Shown in pieces: positions 41,102 through 53,035 of a DNA stretch of 64,000 nt. A program made the translations under genes and the position numbers. Location: positions 35,683,092-35,747,091 of the forward strand of contig NC_057719.1 of the NCBI RefSeq assembly GCF_004010195.1. The letters run 5' to 3'. The notes under the pieces were generated by a model. The model did no database searches. It was not told the origin of the DNA and was given only the letters and a program-made list of their open reading frames with translations. How positions within the stretch are numbered: position 1 is the stretch's first letter; every line of letters starts with the position of its first letter. Source of the DNA: Chiloscyllium plagiosum (Eukaryota).

Positions 41102-41239
41102 GTTTTGATATAAAGTCTGGCGCTGGAAAAAGTACAGCAAGTCAGGTAACATCTGATGCTGCCTGATTATCTCTGCTTTTTCCAGTGCCACACTATCAAT
41201 TCTTGACTCTCTAGCATCTGCAGTTCTCACTTTCTCTTA
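41102..41239. mobile_element. Short palindromic PLE family A remnant lacking the ribozyme core
   Basis: GGCGCTGGAAAAAG..CATC/GATG..CTTTTTCCAGTGCC; TSD about CCACTAGGCCA/CCACAAGGCCA. Confidence 0.72.
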
Positions 41240-41339
41240 GATTCCACAAGGCCATTCCAATTTGAATCTTTCCCTCCATTTTCAACCTTACTATTAACAG
41301 TATAAAAACTATCATAAATCTGCCACCCCATCAGTAGCC

Positions 41340-42897
41340 AGACAGACACTTTGTTACAGGGACAAAGCTTGGTGTAACGAGTAATGAATGGCTCCACACG
41401 GGTAAGAGGCATGGTCAACATGAGATCAGGACCAGTGGCATATAAACTTGGTTAGAGACAAAAAAAAACTTCAGATGCTGGAATCCAAAGTAGCCAAACA
41501 GTATGGGAGATGGTGGCTCAATGGGCCATGGTAAGGTTTTGTTAAAGGGGGAGGTAGGACATGGTGGCGGAGAGCTGGCATTCAACCTCTGCAAAATAGA
41601 GGTCCATCCTCAGGCTACCACTGCTTCGCCTTTGTCAGCAGTCTACTGCATCCAGTGCTCCCGATGTGGTCTTCTCTACATTGGTGAGACCAAATGTAGA
41701 CTAGGTTACTATTTCACAGAGCATGATCGACAGGCTGTAACAGCCAGCCTGACCTCCCAGTTACCATCCATTTCAATTCCCCTTCTACTCCCTCTCTGAC
41801 ATGTCCATCCTCGGTCTCCTCCAGTGTTGCAATGAATCAGACTGCAAACTGGAGGAACAATACCTCATCTTCGCCTGAGCAGCCTACAGCCAGGAGGATT
41901 TACATCGAGTTCTCCAATTTCAAATAACCTTTTGACTCATTCCCCGGCTCCCTTTCCAGCACCACCTCCTGCCTCACTAGCTTTACTATCATCCCAATCT
42001 CATCCTATGTGCTCTTGCTCTTCTCCCTGCCTCCTTGGCCTGAACTGCCCATCTTCCTTCCCACCTATCTGCTCCACCCTTGCATCACAATAACTCCCTT
42101 CCTGCCTCCACCTATCACTAGCCCACCTAGCTTTGCCCCAGCCCCACACTGCCCCTATTTATTTCTGAGCTCCCTTCCCCCTCCCCAATCCTGATGAAGG
42201 GTCTCGACCTGAAATATTGACTTCCCAATATTCTGATGCTGCCTGACTTGCTGTGTTCTTCCAGCCTAGTTTGTCTGCAGTGAAATATAAAGTTCAGATA
42301 GGTGAGACAGCCCTGAACAAGCACGTGAACCATACTAAAAGCAAGAATTCCCATACAGTGTGGGAGCAAAGGGTGCGCTACATCTTGGTAAAATATGAAA
42401 CGGTGCCAGAACCCGTGGATTCACCCTCTCCATCAAGTGTTGTCAAGTCCTCTGCATCAGAGATGGAGATAATAGCTTTGCAACAGAAAGAGAGAAGCAA
42501 ATTCTACTCAGGTGATCCTGGTGTAGAGGTCAGCTGTCGTGCATTACACACTGCATGCATCACGGGGTTGGAGAAACTTGACCTGGTTCAAAAACACCCC
42601 ATGGGGGTTCTGCACAAGAAAGGACTAGCCTATGTCCTCCGACTCCGCGGGGTAGGGATGTAGTCTCTGTAACAAGGTCAACCGGCTGGACCTTATAGAA
42701 TACGAGTTCCCTGATTGGACCAAATTATCAGCCCCAAACAGGGAGCCCTGGCTAACATATGAAAAAGGAATGCGTCAGAGATTATGACACTCTGGTATCT
42801 TACTTTGAATGAGGCAGTCCTAAAGTCAAGAACTGTTCTTGTGCAAATAAAGAGTGACTTGGTGACAGAATACCTGGCAATGAATTATCTTCCTCAA
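41340..42897 (+). mobile_element. Gypsy-like LTR retrotransposon 3' part (integrase tail, PPT, LTR from 42659)
   Basis: RSGPVAYK|VKYKVQIGETALNKHVNH across the PLE insertion; purine tract GGGGTAGGGA then TGTAGT..TGTAACAAGG; AATAAA inside the LTR. Confidence 0.68.
41447..42277 (+). mobile_element. Truncated Penelope-like element (GIY-YIG and pseudo-LTR) nested in a Gypsy remnant
   Basis: AVYCIQCSRCGLLYIGETKCRLG. Motif CTGATGA-AGGGTCTCGACCT-GAAA-TATT at 42191-42218. TSD CAGTGGCATATAAA/CAGTGAAATATAAA. Confidence 0.85.
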
Positions 42898-43496
42898 TTT
42901 AGGTCTAAGAAGGACTCTTTTGCTGTCAAGGGTCTGCATACCAGCAATAACTTCAAAGGCTTGTCAGCCAAGATCCTGAAGAAAATTTGAACTGTTTGGC
43001 TGAGGCTTAACTTTGATTTTGGGATTTTGCTGTGGGCCACCCTCGAGTCCCTCTGATCAGGGTACATCCTAAGTGAGGCTATACAATTGCCTTCAATCAA
43101 GTTGTGTTCCCGAGTTAGGCTGGTAACGGTGTCCACTTCCATTGGAATACCCTGCAACTCATATGCTCCATTTACTGCATTTTCCAATGATAAAGGCTGA
43201 TGTAATGCCTGTTTGAAGTCCAATTGGGCTTCAGCTAATAGGCATTTTTGCATAGTTACCTCATTATTCCCACTCTCATCGCCATTCAAAGAGCTCCGCA
43301 GAGCCTACTATTCTGTCACTAAGTTGCCCTGTACTCAACAATAATCCTCTGCTTTAGTACTGCCTCAGAGTCAGGTACCAGAGTGTCAGTATCTCTGACA
43401 CTCACTTTTCAAAAAACAAATTAGCCAGATTAACCGTTCCAATCAGGGAACTCATTTTCTGAGGTCCAGCTGGATGACCCTGTTACAATCACGACA
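42898..43496 (-). mobile_element. Gypsy-like 5' part (LTR, PBS-like TGGCGATGAG, gag fragment)
   Basis: LTR homologous to 42659-42897 in the opposite orientation; gag-like NEVTMQKCLLAEAQLDFKQAL in ORF 42894..43289. Confidence 0.68.
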
Positions 43497-43983
43497 AAAA
43501 ACTGGTGAGGACATTTATTAATTTGGAGTTCTCCCTACTCATCTGTTACCATTGCTGCATCCTAATTACTACGAAAAGACTTCAAGTATCAGTGTGAAAA
43601 CCTTTGCTTTCATCTAGTGCCTTGTTTTCACTTGGCTGATGGCTCCATAGGATGTAGATTAATTGACATTCTTCCTCGGTACTGGGTTCCATTTGCGAAT
43701 GATTGAGAGGCCAAAAAACCCATTATAGTTATATATACATAACCCTCCTTCAGCTAATAAATCAGTAATGCTGCACGCTGAGGTTGGAAAAAGCATTGGG
43801 GTAAGCAAGGGCAGAGAATGGACTTGAGATGCTGGAACCTGATGACCAAACCTAAAAGGCAGTGCAGATACAAGTGAAAATGTATGTCAATGTTACAAAG
43901 TTTATTAATGAAATTAATGAATATCTCACCAGTGGTTTCAAAGGTGCTATCCTGAAGCTGCAAACTCTCTTCCCAATCATTTA

Positions 43984-44200
43984 CAGGTAGTTCTGTTATA
44001 TTACACTTTCATTAACACAGATAGGCTGTACCACGATTGGATGAATATGAAACGTGTTTTCTAAAATGTGAACTTTAAAGTGTGTGTTGGCTATAATGCG
44101 ATTAAATCAGCAACACTTCATGTGTATTCATATTGCGCAATTTTTGTATAGCGTGGGGTCGCACAAGAATGCAATTATCATGTAATAGCAGAGCTACCTG
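43984..44200. mobile_element. Tigger/pogo-like MITE
   Basis: TA|CAGGTAGTTCTGTTAT...ATAGCAGAGCTACCTG|TA. Confidence 0.85.
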
Positions 44201-44360
44201 TAGTCGATGCCAACAAGTAAAAACATCAAACACTTCCATTGATCGGCATTCTTCAGTTTTATCAGCAATGTATCTAAATATCCAACAATACCCCTCAATT
44301 TAAGAGAATGTTCGAGAATTGAACTTCATGCTTGGCGCTTCATAGGAGATTGCTTTGAAC

Positions 44361-44476
44361 ACACCTTTTGTGGCACAATGGTAGTATTCCTATCCTTGGA
44401 ATAGGAGGCCCAGGTTCAAGCCCCACAGGCTCCAGAGATGTGTAATAACATCTCTGAACAGGTTGATTAGAAAAAT
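44361..44476 (+). mobile_element. Short tRNA-derived SINE (family C) with 14 bp TSD
   Basis: A-box TGGCACAATGG, B-box GGTTCAAGCCC, exact TSD AGATTGCTTTGAAC. Confidence 0.8.
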
Positions 44477-45199
44477 AGATTGCTTTGAACTTCACTTGTG
44501 CTTTATTTCCACTGTAATAGTTCAAACTATTTTTAGTATTAACTTCTTGATGACACAGACCTACTTATGCTGTTGACAGTTTCACTAATGGGGGAAGAGA
44601 CAAATGTAGCAACATAGAGAAGGAAAACAAAATGCCATCTTGTTAAATTTTCACTAAGTGGTTGAAACATTTTTCATCTGTAGCAGCTTGCTACCTTTTT
44701 AAAAACATGCATACTTTCAGAGACTGTTTTAAACAAAGCTTACAACTGATAATAAAGACTAGCAGAGCATTTGAAGTGCTAAATTCCCCATCAATGGAGA
44801 ATCCTCAATTCCCCATGGAGGTTCGCAGAAGTTTAAGTAGATCAGCCTTATATTTACTCTAAATTAAAGTCAAAAACTGAGTATTCTACAGCATGCAATT
44901 CATCATGACTTCACCTCTCTGGATGGTTGATATGGGCAACTTCACAGCTCCCAGGACAAAGCAGTCTAATTGACTGTCGTCCCACCTACTACTTTAAATA
45001 TTCATTACCGTCACCACCAGTACTGCAGAGTGCAGCAATAAAATGATTCACTCACAACAACTCATTAAGAATCTCTCAGAAGGCCCTAACAATCTGAAAT
45101 GTCTACCACCTTGAAATACATGGCCACTTGTTACATAGGAGTACCAGCACCTGCATGTTCCCCATTATATTGTTACGCACAATATACATTATATTAATA

Positions 45200-46090
45200 A
45201 TTTAGACAATAAAACGGAATGTAATATCTCAAAATTTGTAGATGACACAAAGCTGGGCGGAAGATAAAGCGTTGAGGAGAATGCAGAGATGATTCACTGA
45301 GATTTAGACAAGCTGAAATGAGTGGATAAATGCAAAGCAGATGCAATATGTGGATAAATGTGAGGTTCTCCACTTTGGGAGCAAAAACACGATGGCAAAT
45401 TATCTGAATCGCTATGAATTGATGGAAGGGAAAGTGCAACAAGACCTGAATGCCCTCACCCACCAACTGCTAGCAGGCACAGCAGGTGGTAAAGGCGGTA
45501 AATGTTCTGTTGGTCTTCATAGAGGATTTGAGAAACAGGGAGTGTTGCTGCAATTATACAGGGCTTTCATGAGACCACATCTAGAACAGTGTGTTCATTG
45601 TTGGTCTCCTTAGTTGTGGAAGGATGTTTTAACTTTAGAGGGAGTGTAAGAAGTTGAATTGGTTAAGATTATCTTTCATGAACTCAGATGAATAATGGGG
45701 GATGGGCAGGGTGGGGGGTCTCAAACACAAACTTCCAACTGGACTACATGGGGTAGACACAGGAAGGATGTCCATGATGGCAGGGAAGTCCAGAACCAGG
45801 GATACATTCTGAAGTTGTAGCTAAACCACTCAGACTGAGATGAGGAGAAGTTTCAACCATAGAATGGTGAGTCAGTGGGATATGCTACCACAGAAAGCAA
45901 TCAAAGTCAAAATATTGTACAATTTCAAGAAGTAGAATGCAGAACTTGCGGCTAAAGGGATCATTAAGAGTATGGAGGAAAAGCAGGAATGGGCTATTAA
46001 GCTGGATGATCAACCATGAACATAATGAATGATAAAACAGACTTTAAGGGCTGAATAGCCTACTCCTATTTTCTTTGTCAATGTCTATCA
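45200..46090 (+). mobile_element. Decayed CR1 3' part
   Basis: ORF 45341..45613 (KCEVLHFG, RPHLEQCVHCWSP). Confidence 0.8.
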
Positions 46091-46289
46091 CAACTGGGAA
46101 AAAAAAATCTACTTCCCACTACTGGTTCAAAATCTCACCCTAGCATTTTTCGGCATACCTACTCTATAATGTAATATAGTGGCCAAAGACAGCTACTCAT
46201 TACTATATTTTCAAGGGCAAAAATGCTGGTCTTACTAATGCTGACCACTTCCTAAAACACAAATAACCCAAAAGCTGGGTGACATTGTA

Positions 46290-47045
46290 AATCACTGCAA
46301 AACCGATCTTTCTGCACCTGCATCATTACCCCAGTTTCCGAAGGATCTATCCTTGCCCCCCTATTCCTCGCTTACATGCATTGATTCTCTCCCTCTTCCT
46401 AGCAACTCAGAGGCTGAACCAGCCAATTCACAACTTTGGCTTAGTATTTACTGAAAAAAGCTACCATGTCAACCCCATATTTGTGCCAACATGACCTCCT
46501 GCATTTTCATCTCTAGCTTCACTTGACTCTGTGTGCCTCAACTCATCTGCTGCTGAAACCTCATCACACTCCTGGTCAGATTCCACCCTCCATAAACTTA
46601 AGCTCATTCAAAATGTATCTGCAGTCTAACTCATATCAAGACCTATAGATAATCACTCATGATTTCTGGTCTACAATGGCACCTTTTACATAGTATCTCA
46701 ATTTTAAAATCATCTCCTTGTGTTGCTTCACTGCATCTTCTCTCTGTACACTCTTCTAGCCCCATAATTGCCTGTATTATCTGCATCCCTTCAATTTCAG
46801 CCTTTTGATGATTTAAAGTGATCCCTCTGTTGGTCGCCACGAATTCAGCTGTCAAAACCCTAAACTCAACATTCTCTATGAACATTTCTTCCACTCTCAT
46901 CACTTAACAGGCCTCTTCAAACCAACCTCTGAGAAAATAAAAAGCTTGATCAATGTTGCTTAGAGTCAAATTTTGCTTGATAACATTCCCATGAAATGCC
47001 TTTGGATGGTTTAATGCTGAGGTGCAACATAAATATAAGTTGCTG
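46290..47045 (+). mobile_element. Decayed L2-like LINE 3' part
   Basis: GSIL.P-like remnant near 46340; tail GCCTTTGGATG..ATAAATATAAGTTGCTG similar to ends near 14740-14800 and 18430-18480. Confidence 0.5.
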
Positions 47046-47861
47046 CTCAGATGGAAACTAAGGCCATTTCTGCCTGCTGCCCTGATTCAGAGCAGCATAA
47101 AAGATCCTAAGGACTGATTCAAAAGCACCAACATACTAATCAACACCTCTGTCACTTTACTGTGTTGTGACATGGAGACAGAGCCGAACCAAATCAGCGT
47201 TTCTACTGCTGTATATGCAACATAGTAAAATTAAATGCAGGTTACCCCCAGTAATTACTTCAATGATTCCTAATCAGACCTTTGAAAATAATCCCAAATG
47301 CCAGTTTTGCATCTCAAACAAAAACTTAACTGTTTATTAAGTACACAATAACTTTTGCAGAGGAAAAATTAAAGTTAAGCTGATAAGCTGATTAACATGT
47401 ATACTTTAAACCCAAGACATTTGTTTTTAGCCCCCATTCACACAAAAGACAGACAAATAGACACACACACAGTTGAAGAGATAAATAAAATTTTAAAAAA
47501 GTCAGATTACTCAAATAGCTTTCACAACGTATTTTTTCACAGATAAAGATGTTGACTCTTGGTTGTTTTCCTGAAAGGCATCACTTTTTCCATTCACTGA
47601 GGTATAGTCAGTAATGCTTCAAACTCAGTTTTCTCCTCTTCAGACTTCCTGCTGTGTGACAGATTAGACAGGGAATTTTCGAATCTTCACGCTGTCTCAG
47701 GAGCAGACAACAATGCTCTCTCACAAAACATCCAAATTTGCCTCCAAAGCTTGTTTGATCTCTTCTTTTGTTTTTACCACAAGGTATTTCAAAGCCCACA
47801 AGTAATTTCAAGCTCTCAATTCAAAACTGTAAAGGAATAAATTTCAAAATAATAAAACTTT

Positions 47862-48355
47862 TATAGGTGAACCATCTAGATCATTCTGTCTGGATATATT
47901 ACTACCTGGTATGGCAACTGTACCATTCAAGATTGGAGATGATTACAGAGAGTGGTGAACTCGGCCCGGATAATCACAAATGCCAACCTCCCATCTACAG
48001 AATCCATCTACCAGGCCCGCTGTCAAGAAAAGGCTGCCTGCATTCTCAAAGATCCATCCCACTCTGGCACTGTTTTTCTACAACCTCCACCATCGGGGAG
48101 AAGGTACAGAAGCCTGAACACACACACCAGCTGGTTTCGAAACAGTTTCTACCCTACTGTTGTTAGAATACTGAATGGGCTCACAAACTTAACATTCGCC
48201 TGTACCTGTGTTTTTGCCATTTATTTACCTGTTATTTACTGTTTGCCTATTTTTAATTATCTATGCTACTTAACTATATGATCTTTGTCTTGCAAACAAT
48301 ACGGGCAGCTTTTCACTGTACCTTGGTACATGTGACAATAAATTCAATCAAAAAA
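47862..48355 (+). mobile_element. Rex1/Babar-like LINE 3' end
   Basis: ITTWYGNC, LQRVVNSA and ILKDPSH..PSGRRYRSL..FRNSFYP (ORF 47952..48281). Confidence 0.8.
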
Positions 48356-49474
48356 AATCAGTATATACGCACTGATAGGGTGGTGAGTGGCTGGTTGGGA
48401 CTTGTACTGTTCTTTGTGAACAAAAGATTTGAAGGCAGTTTTCCTCATTGTCACGTAACAGTTACTGGAATAACTTGAGTACACGCATGGCTGGTTCTCA
48501 AGTACAGGTCTTCAGTAGTACAGATGGCACGTTGTCCAAGGCTCAAAGCCTCGACTATCTCCAGGGTCTTCTGCCATTTCTTGATCTTAGTCAACTGAAT
48601 GGGCTGAAGACAGGAATCTGATGAGGATCTGAGAAGGAGACTGCTGATTGAAGATTAATGAAAACTTTTAGCATCATATTTTGCACTGCAAGATAGACTC
48701 TGCTTTAATTGATTTTTTAAAACTGGAAACTGCATTCCAAAAATAATTTATTAAGTATTTTGGATAGATGCCCAAATATGTGCTATAATGTTTACAGGTG
48801 CACTTAAATAAACTGAATTAAAGCTCAAGTTTTTGGACAAAGGAATCTTTACTAAATGAAATGAACTTGATAACCTTTTAACATTTAACAAAATACTGTC
48901 ATTAGTTGCTGCACTGCACTCAACTTTACAATATTATTGACAAAATCAGTGAATTAGAATGAATAGTTTACAAGTTGAAATACTAATGTTTCCAAACTAA
49001 ATCTGGGAAGGGTGAAAGCATCAATATTAAAACACCTTTAAGAGATATTTTGGCCTAAGAAGTTTTGAAAGATTTTCTACAGGCTCATTATCAGGGTCAA
49101 TGAAACAAACAAAACTAAAATGTGTACTAAACATCAGATGTGGGAACAGTGTAAATCGTTTTGGGTAGTTTCAATCCAGTTTCTAATAACATGGGTCTAC
49201 AGCACAAAAGCTACCACTAATCTGATATTATTCAAGACAGGCTGATTAAAAAAAGTAACACTGCTACAAGATAAAGTACCAAGGTTTAGACTGAAACATA
49301 TTAAGGTGGAACAGGGAATTCTGATAACCTTGTGCTTTCTGATCTCTGGGTTCTTTGTAATAATGCCATGTGGCATTAAGGTATTGATATCCCTGACTAC
49401 AAAATCTTAAACATAATTTTCACGTTGCTTTTTTTAAAAAAAAAAAGTGAATTACCGTATGTTTTAACTTATAG

Positions 49475-49778
49475 AATCCCTACTGGGTGGAAGGAATCCA
49501 CAATAATTCTCCGAACAGCATCCCAAGCAGACCTACACCCTACCCTATTGCTGCATTCCCCATGGTTAATCTACCATCCACATAACCCACATATACCTGG
49601 ACACCATGGGCAATTTAGCATGACTAAGCCACAATTTTGGAAGTGGCGAGAAACCAGAGCACCTGGAGGAAATTCATGCAGACATGGGGAGAATGTGCGA
49701 ACTCCACACAGTCACCTGAGGGTGGACTCAAACAGGGTCTCTGAAGCTGTGAGGCAGCAGTGCTAACCATGCCACCTC
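49475..49778 (-). mobile_element. Decayed HE1-like SINE
   Basis: GTGAGGCAGCAGTGCTAACCA and GGGCAATTTAGCATG match the other HE1 copies. Confidence 0.75.
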
Positions 49779-50665
49779 TGTTCAGATGCATAAAATAAAG
49801 TGTGCATAAATTGTGCTGCCAAACTCATGGAAATAACAGATGTCTTTTAGCTAAAAATATTAAATTAATTTAGATGCACCAATAATTAGAATTTTGATTT
49901 AATACTTGGCAAATGTTCAATATTTTAATGAAGAAACAAACATGTGACAAGTAATCAACCTTGTGCACCCATATGTTTTTTTTTAATTCAATGGCTTTAA
50001 AAACTGAGCAACAGTTGGAATGTTTTAAGTCAAAATTGAATGTTTATTCCTCCTTGTGATCAATTTACTGCCATTACAAAAATAAAATGTAGTACTGTTA
50101 CAAAAAAGATCAAAATCAGTTGTGGGACAGTGCCTTTAAAATGAAAAACATTAATAGCAATCTTTTTCTAAGACAATATTTGAAATTGTAGCTCTGTGCA
50201 TGACGTTATAAATATTCATTTCTCGTGGTAAATTAACATGCTACACATGAATTTTTTTTTAAACCATTACTTACAAAGACTTGCCCTGCCTTCAATTATT
50301 TGTAGATCTTAGTACCAATATAACGTAATAAACTTACAATTTAACAGAATAAGTCATTGAATCATTACAAATTTGAAACAGATTAAATATCCAATGAAGT
50401 GTTTGCCATAATCATTCAATTCACCCTAGATTTGATGGAAGTCCCAGAGGATTAAAAAGTCTGAAATGCATTCAAAAAATGTGCGCAAGGACATGGTCAC
50501 TTTAATTAATTAAACAATTAATAGACAAATTCTTTAAGAAATTTGAATTAAAGGGAGCCAACACAATTCCGAAAAAGCTAAAAGTTAGGCTGCAGTTGGA
50601 TTGATTGCTGTAGAACAAAGAAGATAGTTGGATGATAGAGGTGTACATGATGATAGATCAGGTAG

Positions 50666-50993
50666 TTTTGTGAGAAGATTTGTAGCTCGAGTGCTCGTTG
50701 CTGTGGTTCTGTTTGCCGAGCTGGATGTTTTTTGTTGCAAACGTTTCGTCCCCTGTCTCGGTGACATCCTCAGTGCTTGGAAGCCTCCTGTGAAGGAGGC
50801 TTCTGTGGTGTTTCCTCCGGCATTTATAGTGGCCTGTCCCTGCCGCTTCCAGTTGTCAGTTTAAGCTGTCCGCTGTAGTGGCTGGGATATTGGGTCCAGC
50901 TCGATGTGTTTCACAGAAGCGCTTCACAGGAGGCTCCCAAGCACTGAGGATGTCACCTCGACAGGGGACGAAACGTTTGCAACAAAAATTTCC
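50666..50993. mobile_element. Inverted-repeat PLE-derived element (family D) with two intact hammerhead-like motifs
   Basis: GCA-CTGAGGA-TGTCACCTCGACAGGGGAC-GAAA-CGTT-TGC at 50941-50980(+) and a near-identical copy at 50737-50776(-). Exact TSD AGATCAGGTAG. Confidence 0.88.
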
Positions 50994-52736
50994 AGATCAG
51001 GTAGATTAAGAAAAGCTGTTTCCATTATTTGATGGTACAAGTATTGGCGACACAGTTCTGGGACACAGATATGGGAAGACAGAAGGAAGAACAGTTTTTT
51101 TTAATCCAAGATTGCATTGACCTACAACTCGCTACCTACATGGGTGGATGAAGCGAAGACAATTAATGATTTTCAATAGAAATTGGATGCCAACGTGAGG
51201 TAAATAAAACTTACATGGTTACAGGGATCGGGAAAGAGACAAACTGATTGTTCTGCAGAGTGTGAACATGGATCTGATGGCTTGGTGGCATCTTCTACAT
51301 TAAAACCGGACTTCAACTGTTTGCAACATATTGCAGAAATCCAGTAACTAAGAATTACAAGTTACTCTGCAGTCAATATAGAAAATCCTAGTACTTATAG
51401 TTATGTAGCTGTTTCCAAGTACTTTCTTTTTAGATGTACGAGAAAATGCTCAAGTTCTACAGTAACAATAACATTCTTTCCATTGATTGTCAAAAATTTT
51501 CTAACTAGTCACAGTGAAACTGTTAACTGCACAGAAATTCCTAGTATCACATTAATTTTGATGTGCAAAGTATCTGCAACTTCTAACCACAATTTAAACA
51601 GGACTGGTAAATACCGTCCACATCCTGGACTGAGAAAGTAACTAAAACTTGAAAAGTTAACATTGCAGACTTGCAAATAGCCAGAATCATAATTCATTTT
51701 GTTTAATATTAATTTTGAAAGATACAATAAATAACCTTAAAATACTTTAGTTTTAAATATAATCATTCTATCTGATCTTTAAGAAGGTTTTTCAATATTA
51801 GTGTTTGCAGTTACCTTCAGGGTAGCCAGTTAAATTCATGACCACACGCAAGTGCAAAATATCACGCATTACGAAACTGGCTTCCACTGCAAAAACTATT
51901 TTTAATAAATGATGGTAGTTTTTTTTTTTAAAAATAGCTTTACTTAGCATCTGCCCATATGTGGAGCACTGTCAATTACAATAGTAAGTTTTAAATTTTT
52001 GAACGCATACCCAATAAACATGAATCACAAATTAGGGAGGCTTCCTTTTTGAATACACAGCTAAATTCTAACAGTAGCTTTCAAATACTTGGCTAATTAG
52101 GTCCCATCTTGTACACAACATTCCAAAAGTTTGAAAACAAAACAAGCAAAACACTCCGAGCTTGAAATACATTCAGCAAGATAACACCGAGACTCCATCA
52201 AAACACTTATGTAATGATACATTAAATATGAAATATATGTATTTTGCTTTAAAAGGACAAAACCGTACTGAATAAATGAAACGGTGCAGATTTTTCTCCC
52301 GCACTTGAAAGTAAGCAGGCAAAAAAAAAGTTATGTTACAAAACAACCTCCGAAAAGATCCAAACCTGGGCTAAAGCCCAGCCCCCAACAATCACTCAAC
52401 CTCTCCTAAAGGCTAATGACCTCACTTCCTTTGACATCAGCACGCTTAGTTGGGGGATGGGACAGTGACAGCAGAAAGCAGCAAACTCAGATTCAAGATA
52501 GGAAGGAAATGCTTCAATGAACCAGAGCTGCCTTACTAATCGTACAATTGAAGCCTATTACAGAATTTGCTCTTTGATTTTAAACAAGAGCAAACAACGC
52601 CCTGATGGAATACAGGCTTCAACAGAATTGCTCTCCAAGTGCGCACTTCCTTTATTTCTAATCTCCCCTCACAAAAGCACCGCACGAACAGATAAGCAAG
52701 CGTAACATTCCACTGCCGCATACATTATAAACCCAC

Positions 52737-52830
52737 CTCGAAAATGAAGAAGGCCCGTGGGCTGGAAGGGCCCATTCGAACTGGCTGCATCCACCACCAT
52801 CCTGCTACCAGCTCTGTTACATGTCAACAT
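52737..52830 (-). CDS. PPP2R5C: PP2A B56-gamma coding exon 1 (94 nt): [31 protein letters not shown]+G
   Basis: Manual minus-strand translation closely matches the vertebrate B56-gamma N-terminus as recalled ([24 protein letters not shown]). In-frame TAG immediately before the ATG; donor GAG|GTGGGT; phase 1 fits the next exon. Too short for the ORF track. Confidence 0.95.
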
Positions 52831-52860
52831 CTAGCCTATACCAGCAGAACTAGCTATTCC

Positions 52861-52884
52861 TTAAGGCAAGAAAGCAGCTTCCAT
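52861..52884 (-). promoter_or_regulatory. uORF (MEAAFLP*) in the putative PPP2R5C 5' UTR
   Basis: aaaATGGAAGCTGCTTTCTTGCCTTAA, strong Kozak context, ending 30 nt before the main ATG. Requires that transcription starts upstream of 52884. Confidence 0.6.
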
Positions 52885-52939
52885 TTTAGCACAAAACACT
52901 ACGAAAATGAAGCTACACCGAAGGGAAGAGACTAGTTAG

Positions 52940-53035
52940 TGATGTCAGCACCTCGCAGAAAGCTGATTGGGTAGGAATGACTACATTAAATGACAGTAAC
53001 AAACTGCAAATAGAAAGACATTTCTGATTGGCCAT
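52940..53035 (-). promoter_or_regulatory. Probable proximal promoter: two CCAAT boxes and a CRE/ATF-like TGACATCA
   Basis: Minus-strand CCAATCAG with CCAAT at 52966-52970 and 53027-53031; TGACATCA at 52940-52947; repeat-free DNA just upstream of exon 1. Confidence 0.6.
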
